Assembly: GCA_964633715.1 (NCBI GenBank)
Contig: CAZWHQ010000012.1
Coordinates: forward strand, 8,062-72,061
Length of the DNA stretch: 64,000 nucleotides
Origin: an uncultured Eubacteriales bacterium
Lineage (GTDB): Bacteria; Acidobacteriota; Aminicenantia; Aminicenantales; Aminicenantaceae
Direction: 5' to 3'
Shown: in pieces, positions 56,239 through 64,000 of the stretch
Numbering within the stretch: position 1 is the first letter of the stretch
How the letters are laid out: each line of letters starts with the position of its first letter
Program-made: the position numbers and the translations under genes
The notes under the pieces: generated by a model
Told to the model about the DNA's origin: nothing
Database searches by the model: none
The model's input: the letters and a program-made list of their open reading frames with translations, nothing else

Positions 56239-57720
56239 TTATTTAAATTTCGACATCTTCCAGTAAAAATCCAGCTTTTTGGAGGTTTCGTGGTAAGCGA
56301 CAAAATCCTCATCCTTTTTGGACAGATCTTCTTGGGAAAAGACCATCTCCAGATAACCTAAGAACTTTCTCCTAAACTCTGAAAAAGAACGGATCTTCAA
56401 AGTTGATCTTAATAAAAAAGAGGGCCGGGAATGATAGCTCACATAAGCCCCCTTAGCCATGCGGTCAATCTGTTCATTGGTAAGTTCTGTCCAAGGCCGG
56501 GGAAGGGGTCTATCCACTTCTTTTCCAAGTATCCATTCTCTCCAGTAGTCTTCCCCTGTATCCTCCTTCATCTGTTTCCACAAGGAAGTCAAAGGTTTAG
56601 CCAAACACTTGGAAAACTGAACATAATCCAGGTCAAGTTCCTTGGCAAATTTCACCGTCCTTTTAACAGTTTTTTTCGTTTCTCCCGGCGCCCCGACCAA
56701 AAAAAAGCCGAGAGCTTTTATCCCCAATTCTTTGGTTTTTCCTATCGTCTTCCTTATTTGATCAAAAGTGATATCCTTCCCTAACTTATCCATCACAGCT
56801 TGAGAGCCCGTCTCCAATCCATAATAGATCCTGCCACATCCGGCATCCTTCATCTCCTGCAATAACTCAGCATCGATATCCACCCGGGACCTGCAGGCCC
56901 AGAGAAGGTCAAGATTCTTTTTTTTTATCCCCCGGCAGATTTCTATCGTTCTTTTCCTGTCGATGGTGAAGTCATAGTCAAATATGTCTATCTCCCGAAT
57001 GCCGTATTTATTAAAACACTCTTCCATTTCACCCAAAACCGTCTCTGGACTCCGCGGATTAAAGGCTGTTTGACCCGCCTCGCAGAAGCTGCAGGAATAA
57101 GGACAGCCTAAACTGGTCACCATTACCGTAAAATTTTTCCTCTCTGTAGGAAACTCGGCATAGAGGTCATTGGGAAGAAGATCTCTGGCTGGATGAGGAA
57201 ACTTATCAAAGTCGACCGGCTGGGTTGGATTTATCCTGATCTCGCCATTGTCCTTATAGACCAAACCCACTACCTCCTCCAATTTTCTCTTGCCTTCCAG
57301 CACAGATAATAGCTGTGGGATTGTGTCTAGGGCATGCTCTATCACGCCAAAATCTATCTCGGAGTGGCTCAGAGACTCCCGAGGATAGACACGGAGATTA
57401 TACCCTCCGATGACAACTTTTGTTTTGAGCTCTTTTTTCAGATACCTAATCCATTCCAGAGTTTCAGGAAACATATAGGTGGTCATCATAAAACCCATAA
57501 TATCCGGCTTAAAGCTCTTCAGTTTATCTAAAACTTCTTCCTTGGAGAGCTTTAGCGTCCGGGCATCGATGAGAGTCACCCGGTGACCTGCTTGCCGGGC
57601 AATGGCAGCAACCCAGGCCAGGCTTAATGGAGGAAACATTCCAAAATATTTTTGGACAATCCGCAAATTTTCCTCATGAACTTTGTATTTAAAGGGATTG
57701 AAAATCAGAGCGAACCGCAT
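56239..57720 (-). CDS. B12-binding-domain radical SAM enzyme (class B)
   Basis: The N-terminal cobalamin-binding Rossmann region is MRFALIFNPF…PPLSLAWVAAIARQAGHRVTLID. VTSLGCPYSCSFCEAG is the CxxxCxxC motif. Confidence 0.8.
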   Translation of the reverse strand: MRFALIFNPFKYKVHEENLRIVQKYFGMFPPLSLAWVAAIARQAGHRVTLIDARTLKLSKEEVLDKLKSFKPDIMGFMMTTYMFPETLEWIRYLKKELKTKVVIGGYNLRVYPRESLSHSEIDFGVIEHALDTIPQLLSVLEGKRKLEEVVGLVYKDNGEIRINPTQPVDFDKFPHPARDLLPNDLYAEFPTERKNFTVMVTSLGCPYSCSFCEAGQTAFNPRSPETVLGEMEECFNKYGIREIDIFDYDFTIDRKRTIEICRGIKKKNLDLLWACRSRVDIDAELLQEMKDAGCGRIYYGLETGSQAVMDKLGKDITFDQIRKTIGKTKELGIKALGFFLVGAPGETKKTVKRTVKFAKELDLDYVQFSKCLAKPLTSLWKQMKEDTGEDYWREWILGKEVDRPLPRPWTELTNEQIDRMAKGAYVSYHSRPSFLLRSTLKIRSFSEFRRKFLGYLEMVFSQEDLSKKDEDFVAYHETSKKLDFYWKMSKFK

Positions 57721-57721
57721 T

Positions 57722-59296
57722 CTAAATTTTTGTGAATATTCTTTTCCAAATTAAATAACCATTCAGGAATATACTCAATAAAATCAAGGGAACAATAAAT
57801 TGGGTTAACAGTCGTATTTTGCCTCCCATTGCGTAAGTTGTAATAAACCAATAATCTAGGCAAGTGTTTCTTATAAAATCTTCGCCTTTGCCTTCATAGG
57901 AAATATTTTCTCGAATGGCAGAAATTGTCTGCTTTAGGTGTAAAGGCCAAAGTTCAAAAAGCGCAATTACGGATGAATATTTTGGCTCAAAGACAAAATC
58001 CTGGCTGTCATCGATTCCTTGTCCAGTCATAACATTGACGTAATCCAATCCAACCGCTAAAAACTGGATCAAAAAGCTTAATCCCACGAGAAGGACGACC
58101 ATAACGAGGAGTAATTTCTTTTTATTCTTATATATTTTTTCAATAACCGTACCCATGGGCAAAAGCAAAAAGACACTTATCGTAACCATGTGCCTGGGCC
58201 CCCAACTGTAGCCTCCATCCCAGCCTTCGTGCCTTGAATAGAATAAAAGGTAAATGAGAGGGATGGACAGAAACAGCAGAGCCTCAACTCGAAAACGTTT
58301 CATAAAACTCTTAATTCCGAAGAAAAAAAGCAGAAGACTGGGGGCATAGACAAAAAGCCCCTTACCCGGACTCAATAACTGTCCGACTATTCCTTCGTAA
58401 ATGGGATTCGTGAACAATTGAATTTTGCTTCCATATCCCGTTTCCCAAATGGACCCGAATCTCATGAAGTTATAACCCAGGACAAGGAAGGTAAATACGG
58501 TTAAGGGCATAACAAATACAATGAAGCGATGTATTGCACCTTTGAGGTCTATTTTTTCTCTGTGCAATAAATACAGCAAATAAAGGAGCAGTAAAGGCGT
58601 CACTATAATCGAGGCATGTCTTGTGGACACAGAAAATCCAAGGGCTATTCCAGAAAACAGCAACCACTTCATCTCTCCCGTTTGTTTATAACGATACAAA
58701 GCAAAACAAGAAAAAAACAGTAAAAATGAAACTAAAGGCTGCTCAAAAAAATATTTGGTGTACGACCAAGCCAGGGTTGTCAAACCATAGATCAGACAGA
58801 CAAAAAAACCCACCTGTGGAGAAAATTTGAGCCTCTTCACAAATAAAAAAATTAAAACGCACATCAAGGCTGTTATGAGTGGAGAAAAAACAAGCACTGT
58901 GGCTTGAAGGCCATTCAAATCTGAACCAAAAACAGCCCTGCCTAACAAAAACAGGGGGACAGCGGCCAGGGATTGCCCAAAGCCATATTTGGCATAGACA
59001 TATCCGTTTGGACCAATCTTACCCAGGGGAGTATCTGTGCCCGGTTGACTTTCGCTCTGTGTATGATTGGCACCATAAGGCTGACCATCAGGCCAATAAG
59101 TAAATCGGCCATCCAAAACAAAGTTTTGAGTCACAAAATAGAGGGCCTGATCATGCATGACATAAAAATGTCCGGCCATGGTCAGCACATAAATGGATAG
59201 GAAAAAGAAAAACAGGATTATTCCTATTGGAATGTTTTTATAAAACTTTTGTTTTAAGAAGTTTAGTGTCACTCTCATCGCTATTATCGCATTCAA
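57722..59296 (-). CDS. Polytopic GT-C-fold glycosyltransferase-like membrane protein (ArnT/PMT-like)
   Basis: 524 aa with about 12-13 TM segments and a large loop after TM1. Its stop lies 1 nt before the B12-rSAM start. Confidence 0.5.
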   Translation of the reverse strand: MNAIIAMRVTLNFLKQKFYKNIPIGIILFFFFLSIYVLTMAGHFYVMHDQALYFVTQNFVLDGRFTYWPDGQPYGANHTQSESQPGTDTPLGKIGPNGYVYAKYGFGQSLAAVPLFLLGRAVFGSDLNGLQATVLVFSPLITALMCVLIFLFVKRLKFSPQVGFFVCLIYGLTTLAWSYTKYFFEQPLVSFLLFFSCFALYRYKQTGEMKWLLFSGIALGFSVSTRHASIIVTPLLLLYLLYLLHREKIDLKGAIHRFIVFVMPLTVFTFLVLGYNFMRFGSIWETGYGSKIQLFTNPIYEGIVGQLLSPGKGLFVYAPSLLLFFFGIKSFMKRFRVEALLFLSIPLIYLLFYSRHEGWDGGYSWGPRHMVTISVFLLLPMGTVIEKIYKNKKKLLLVMVVLLVGLSFLIQFLAVGLDYVNVMTGQGIDDSQDFVFEPKYSSVIALFELWPLHLKQTISAIRENISYEGKGEDFIRNTCLDYWFITTYAMGGKIRLLTQFIVPLILLSIFLNGYLIWKRIFTKI

Positions 59297-59378
59297 TTAT
59301 CCACTGCCAACAGAAAGACATAAAATGGATAAATTGAAAAATCCAATTTTGCTCATATTTTGCCGTTTTAAAGAAGAG

Positions 59379-60347
59379 TTATTTATCTTCAGGTTCGAGA
59401 TAGATCCGGGCGTTGGGCAAAATATCCTTGATCTCCTTTTCAATACTGTTGTTTATTTTTTCCAACTCCTCAACGATAAGCCCATCCTTGTATTCAATCT
59501 CTACAACAATCAGGACATCATCGGAACTGAGATGCATACTTTTTAATCTGATCACTCGTACGACATCATCAAAATCATTCACAGCTTTAATGACTTGAGC
59601 TCGTTTGAGGGCTGATACTCCTTCTCCGATGAGCAGTTTTTTCGTTTCCACAGCCAGAAAAAAAGCAAACACCATGAGAAGTGTTCCAATCACGATGGAG
59701 GCCATGGCATCGATAATGAGTGCCCCGGTTACCTGAACAAGCGCGATGGCCACAGCGGCAATCACCAAACCCACAAGCGCAAGAGAGTCCTCAAAAAGCA
59801 CAGTCAGAGTCGTTGGATCTTTGCTGTCCCGTATGGCACAAAAAAAGTTGGCATGTTTTTCTTTTTTCATTTCTGTTTTGATAGTTTGAATAGCCATCCG
59901 GAGTGCAATACTCTCGAAAAAAGCGGCCACGGCGATGGCCAGATAGGCCAGCCACACATTTGTAATCGGTTCGGGATGAATCAGTTTATGATAGCCTTCT
60001 CTTATGGAGAGGCCACCGGCGACAGCAAAAAGGATAATCGCCACCATAAAAGACCAGAAAAACTGTTCTTTTCCATGTCCAAAAGGATGACCGGCATCGG
60101 GTTTTCTGCGACTTGCTTTTAATCCAATGAGAAGCAGAATTTGGTTAAAGGTATCGGAGACCGAGTGATAGGCCTCGGCCAGCATCGAGGAAGAGCTGCT
60201 GAGCAGTGCGGCGGCCAATTTAAAAACAGCAATACAGAGGTTGGCGATCAAGGCGGCAATAACAGCTCTTTTACTCTTGTGTTGCATTTTTTTTAAGCCA
60301 TTAATCAGGAATATACCGTGGATATGTGTTTTTTGCCTTTTCGGCAT
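59379..60347 (-). CDS. Cation diffusion facilitator (CDF) family metal efflux transporter
   Basis: AYHSVSDTF is a TM2 metal site. Six TM segments plus a C-terminal cytoplasmic domain. The probable start is the internal ATG near 60287, which avoids overlap with the upstream gene. Confidence 0.8.
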   Translation of the reverse strand: MPKRQKTHIHGIFLINGLKKMQHKSKRAVIAALIANLCIAVFKLAAALLSSSSSMLAEAYHSVSDTFNQILLLIGLKASRRKPDAGHPFGHGKEQFFWSFMVAIILFAVAGGLSIREGYHKLIHPEPITNVWLAYLAIAVAAFFESIALRMAIQTIKTEMKKEKHANFFCAIRDSKDPTTLTVLFEDSLALVGLVIAAVAIALVQVTGALIIDAMASIVIGTLLMVFAFFLAVETKKLLIGEGVSALKRAQVIKAVNDFDDVVRVIRLKSMHLSSDDVLIVVEIEYKDGLIVEELEKINNSIEKEIKDILPNARIYLEPEDK

Positions 60348-61071
60348 TTTTTAGATCGATGTCGCAGGTGAGAAAAGGCTTGTCGGCTGATGTGACACCT
60401 AAAACACGACCATCGGGATTGATAATCCAACCTTTCCCTCCCAGCTCAGCCGGATTCCCTTTGGAAGCCACACGGTTAGACGAAAGAGAATAGGCTCCGG
60501 ACACAACTGCAGCTGCCTGGCCGGCCACCAGCCATTTGTCCAATGTGTTTTTTGGCGTCGCGCGTGGACAGACCACAATATGAGCTCCCTGCTTTCCGTA
60601 TTGGCGGGAGCGCTCGAAAAACCAAATCCCTGAACAGATGAGAAATCCCACAGAGACAGGACCACTCTGAGCAGTCTTAAATTCCCCATCCCCACGGGAA
60701 TACCAGGTAGCTTCCCAATAGCCCTCTTCATCGGGAAGATAAAATTTATCATGGGCCCCTTGGTATCCATTTTTTATATCCCATATAAATCCCTGATTGA
60801 GACGAACAAAACCGTTTTCTTTTGGATTAGACCCCAGAACACATGCAGGAGCCAGTTCTTCACACCGTTCCAACCACCTCTTGTGGGCTTCCAAGCTCTC
60901 CTTCCAGAGTCGGGGATCAAAGCGATTTCGCCAAAAAAGCCATGGATAAAACGGCATTTCCGGCAGCAAAACGAAGTCGCTTTTTTCTTTTTGGACAAAA
61001 TCGACCAGCCTGTTCCAATCTCTGGTAAAATCTTCTTTAGAATCATTCATCTCACATACTGTGACTCTCAT
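60301..61071 (-). CDS. Carbon-nitrogen hydrolase (nitrilase superfamily) protein
   Basis: The Glu-Lys-Cys triad context includes LLPEMPF and GFLICSGIWF (catalytic Cys). Confidence 0.7.
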   Translation of the reverse strand: MRVTVCEMNDSKEDFTRDWNRLVDFVQKEKSDFVLLPEMPFYPWLFWRNRFDPRLWKESLEAHKRWLERCEELAPACVLGSNPKENGFVRLNQGFIWDIKNGYQGAHDKFYLPDEEGYWEATWYSRGDGEFKTAQSGPVSVGFLICSGIWFFERSRQYGKQGAHIVVCPRATPKNTLDKWLVAGQAAAVVSGAYSLSSNRVASKGNPAELGGKGWIINPDGRVLGVTSADKPFLTCDIDLKNAEKAKNTYPRYIPD

Positions 61072-61223
61072 CAGTCTTGTCCAATAGTTCTTTTCGACTA
61101 TTTAAACGAAATTCAAAGAATTTGACAAGTTTTTTGATTACGGCATGCTAATTGATATAGCCTAATTTTTCCCCTATAATACTTTCCATAACATTCATGA
61201 AAATTCAAGTCAGAGGAGGTATT

Positions 61224-61790
61224 ATGAAAAAAATACTGATTATCCTATCTATATTTCTGATCGTCTCCGGCGCTTCTGCCCAAACCGGAAAATTCCTAGG
61301 CGGATTCAACCTCTCCAAGTATCACTCCACAGACAAAACCACCTCTCAAAAATTTGGCTATTGGGGAGGTATCGGTTTTGAATGGGGTGGATTAATTGGC
61401 GGTGAATTTGATATCCTCTACTTCCAGAAAGGCGCCACTGTTAAAATCGGTGGTCAAGACATCGATTTTACACTGTCAGAGTTGTTGTTCCCTGCAATGA
61501 TCAAAATAAAATTTCTGCCCGGAACGTCTCCATATATCTTTGGAGGAGGGGAACTTGGATTGGTTCTCTCATATAAATCTTCAGGTGCTGCAGCTCTGGC
61601 CGGAATGGACGTCGTAAAAAATTTGGATTATGGCCTAATTTTTGGAGCCGGATTTGAAATCTGGTTCGGCAATATAGGAATTTTACTTGAAGGCCGCTGC
61701 CACTATGGATTGGCACCTATGGGGGAAGGAACTGGATTCGATTTCAAGACAAACTCGATCGCTTTCATGCTCGGTTTTATTTTCTTTTAG
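61224..61790 (+). CDS. Outer-membrane beta-barrel protein (OmpA-like/OmpW-like small porin)
   Basis: Start ATG 61224 with an AGAGGAGG RBS. Signal peptide MKKILIILSIFLIVSGASAQ. Alternating amphipathic beta strands. C-terminal aromatic FF. A TATAAT -10 hexamer is at 61176. Confidence 0.6.
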   Translation: MKKILIILSIFLIVSGASAQTGKFLGGFNLSKYHSTDKTTSQKFGYWGGIGFEWGGLIGGEFDILYFQKGATVKIGGQDIDFTLSELLFPAMIKIKFLPGTSPYIFGGGELGLVLSYKSSGAAALAGMDVVKNLDYGLIFGAGFEIWFGNIGILLEGRCHYGLAPMGEGTGFDFKTNSIAFMLGFIFF

Positions 61791-61798
61791 GAAGTTCA

Positions 61799-64000
61799 GT
61801 GAAAAAATCTGCATTCCATACCCTTTTGATCCTTTTTTTGGTCAGTTTATGTTTTCTTCTCTCCACAGCCCCCATACACGCCGGTGAGATAATACCCCTC
61901 ATCCAGTACCTGGATTACGCTCGGGCATCGGCCGATTGGACCTGGGATCACTATGACGATGTGATCGAGAGATGGAAGGAAAGTTTTGACCCAAAAAATG
62001 TATTTGGCTACCGCGCCCCGGGAGGTCTGCTGGAAATGGCGGTCATTTATGCCTTTCTTTTTGAAAAGGAAAAGGATGAAGCCCACGCCTTGCGCGTCAA
62101 AAAAGTCCTTATCACTTATGGAGACTACAGAACGATGTACCCCGATTCGGTCAGACAGCAACGGCCGGACTATGCTGATGGTGTACCCGCACTCCCTGAT
62201 TTTTTTACAACCATGCGCTATATCCGTGCCTATGACACACTGAACCGCTTTAATCAATTCAATCCAAAGGAAAAAACAAAGATCGAAGAGATCATTGCGG
62301 AAAGCATGACCTATTTGTTGAGAACACAGGAGTGGGGGCCCATGAACCGCACCGCACTCCGGGCTGAAACATTGGCCTGGGCCGTCCGTGCCCTCCCGAA
62401 TCATCCTCAAGCAAAATACTGGGAGATGCAGAGAAAAGCTTTGGGGGATGACAACTGGGGGAATTGGGAGATCGAAGACGCCACAATCTACCATGCGGTC
62501 TGGCTGTATGCCCTTCTGGGTTATGCCGATGTTCTTGGACAGCAGGATCAACTGCTGAAAACACCGGAGATGTACTATTATGCCCAATACTTCCTTCATC
62601 TGATGTGCCCCTCTAATATGATCCCTGATTTTGGTGACGCGAACTGGCTGTCCAACTGGAACCGGTACCTTGTGTATTTCGAGACCGCAGCCGCTTTCTA
62701 TAAGGATCCCCATCTGAAATGGGCCGCGGCAACTATAGCCAACACTTTTATCGACTTTGACAATCCTACAAGTGTTGGACTCGGATATCTTCTTCTGGAC
62801 TGTTTTCGTTGGGGAGACGACACGATCTATCCGTCACCTCCTTCCTCTCTGTCAAAAGAAGTTATGGAAGATGTTCAGGGAAAAAAGATCGTGTTCCGGA
62901 ATGGATGGGAGACAGATTCTACGTATTTGCTTCTCAATTACAGGGATGAAGGAGATGGAGGGCACAATTTCCGGGATTATTTAAGAGACACCATCCCCGT
63001 CGAGGAAGAAAAAATGACCCATGGGCACGCCGATGAAAACAGCATTGTCCTGCTCATGTCAGGAGGATCGGTTTTGCTCAGAGACGGCGGCTACAGAGAT
63101 TATATGCCCAGTGGTCCTTTTGGCGCCTACCGTCAGGATTATTTTCACAACCGCCTGTGTGTCAGAGCAGAAAAAATTTGGCTGGGACAAAAGCAGGGTG
63201 AATACCGTTACAGCATCCGCGACGCCATCCCTGGCCAGGCCGTTCTCGATTTTCTCCAAAACGCCGGATCCTATAGGATAGTCCGCACGCAAAAAGTCGA
63301 CTTTCTGACACTCTCGGACTTCGACTACAGCCGGACACGGTTGATCGATGAAAAGATGGGTTATGAATGGGACCGCATAATCACATTTATCAAAGAGCCC
63401 AATATTCTTGTGGTCTTCGATGTATTTAAAGGACAAAAAGAGGAGTACTTTACGCTCTGTAATCTTTGGCACACACGAAAAATTGTAGCCCAGGGCGACC
63501 ATTGGTACGACACTGTTTATGACAGGATCCAGAATCGGGAACTGTCCACAAATACTCATCTCCTCGTAGTCTTCCCCCAGACTTTTAACACTGTGGAAGG
63601 AGTGGAATCCGAAAAACGGCACTACCAGGATGAACTGGTCATTCATCAAACCAAAACCCAGCACTTCGAATTGGGAGAAACAGTCGGCTTTATCACCGTG
63701 TTGATCCCTCATCCATCCGGACTCTCCCCCAAAGAAATCGCCAAGAGTATCTCACTCCTCCAAGTTCAACCAAAGAGAGCTGGACTGGGCGTACAAATCT
63801 CTGTTGCTGGAAAACTTTACACAACAGCTGCCAAAACCGATTTGCGTCGGGATATAATCCGTGATTTCCGGCGCCCCAGGTACACCTACGAAGCCGGAAG
63901 GCTGAATATGGGAGAATTTGAAACAAACGGCGATTTCCTTTTTGCTGCTGAAGATGGGAACACCCTGAACTACACGATCGTCAATCTGACCAAGGCAAAC
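61799..64000 (+). CDS. Secreted heparinase II/III-like polysaccharide lyase, 3'-partial at window edge
   Basis: An uninterrupted plus-strand frame of 734 codons from GTG 61799 (KKSAFHTLLILFLVSLCFLLSTAPIHA signal). HGHADENSIVLLMSGGSVLL resembles the heparinase II/III C-domain motif. The N-terminal alpha/alpha-toroid region is alginate-lyase-like. It is not in the ORF track because it has no stop in the window. Confidence 0.65.
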   Translation, partial: MKKSAFHTLLILFLVSLCFLLSTAPIHAGEIIPLIQYLDYARASADWTWDHYDDVIERWKESFDPKNVFGYRAPGGLLEMAVIYAFLFEKEKDEAHALRVKKVLITYGDYRTMYPDSVRQQRPDYADGVPALPDFFTTMRYIRAYDTLNRFNQFNPKEKTKIEEIIAESMTYLLRTQEWGPMNRTALRAETLAWAVRALPNHPQAKYWEMQRKALGDDNWGNWEIEDATIYHAVWLYALLGYADVLGQQDQLLKTPEMYYYAQYFLHLMCPSNMIPDFGDANWLSNWNRYLVYFETAAAFYKDPHLKWAAATIANTFIDFDNPTSVGLGYLLLDCFRWGDDTIYPSPPSSLSKEVMEDVQGKKIVFRNGWETDSTYLLLNYRDEGDGGHNFRDYLRDTIPVEEEKMTHGHADENSIVLLMSGGSVLLRDGGYRDYMPSGPFGAYRQDYFHNRLCVRAEKIWLGQKQGEYRYSIRDAIPGQAVLDFLQNAGSYRIVRTQKVDFLTLSDFDYSRTRLIDEKMGYEWDRIITFIKEPNILVVFDVFKGQKEEYFTLCNLWHTRKIVAQGDHWYDTVYDRIQNRELSTNTHLLVVFPQTFNTVEGVESEKRHYQDELVIHQTKTQHFELGETVGFITVLIPHPSGLSPKEIAKSISLLQVQPKRAGLGVQISVAGKLYTTAAKTDLRRDIIRDFRRPRYTYEAGRLNMGEFETNGDFLFAAEDGNTLNYTIVNLTKAN

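Noticed and set aside
61847-63712. Two long minus-strand ORFs (288 aa and 217 aa)
   Set aside because: They are antisense to an uninterrupted 734-codon plus-strand frame with a signal peptide and heparinase-type motifs. They have low-complexity, Cys/Arg-rich compositions typical of shadow ORFs.

Overview
This 64-kb window looks like a bacterial chromosome segment from an uncultivated, probably anaerobic, Gram-negative lineage. Indicators are moderate GC, many TTG/GTG starts, and many Sec/Tat-exported hydrolases. I cannot place it taxonomically from sequence alone. I call about 60 protein-coding genes and no rRNA, tRNA or CRISPR. In order along the window: (1) a peptide-scavenging locus with a partial proline iminopeptidase, an unusual single-polypeptide M28 aminopeptidase + M19 dipeptidase fusion, and an APC amino-acid permease. 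(2) A decayed TPR/Ser-Thr-kinase pseudogene, a GH38-like glycosidase, and an ABC exporter fragment. (3) vapBC, hicAB and nucleotidyltransferase modules interleaved with a tandem array of three paralogous zinc-ribbon Ser/Thr kinase genes (TPR or TolB beta-propeller sensors) that share a conserved promoter; the third copy is disrupted by a -1 frameshift and an in-frame TAG. (4) A Tat-exported alanine racemase. (5) A junkyard of IS91/ISL3 remnants, a SprT-like protease and a 113-bp perfect palindrome built from four copies of a 27-bp unit; single units of this unit recur at gene 3' ends elsewhere, giving a REP/BIME-like repeat family. (6) A TRAP transporter operon with a glucuronokinase-like GHMP kinase and a Tat-exported TIM-barrel isomerase. 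(7) Periplasmic Gfo/Idh/MocA + DUF1080 modules of the 3-keto-glycoside type. (8) An ArsR regulator + Met/His/Cys-rich protein pair. (9) A peptidase-rich block with M28, M14, M28 and S12 genes. (10) A PadR + ADOP-like permease pseudogene. (11) A Cys-type sulfatase and a heparinase II/III-like lyase. (12) A tightly packed four-gene membrane cluster of a GT-C glycosyltransferase, a B12-binding radical SAM, a radical SAM/SPASM-like protein and a UPF0104 flippase-like protein, which I consider the best candidate for an undescribed system. Frameshifts may be real decay or assembly errors, since the contig is probably metagenomic.
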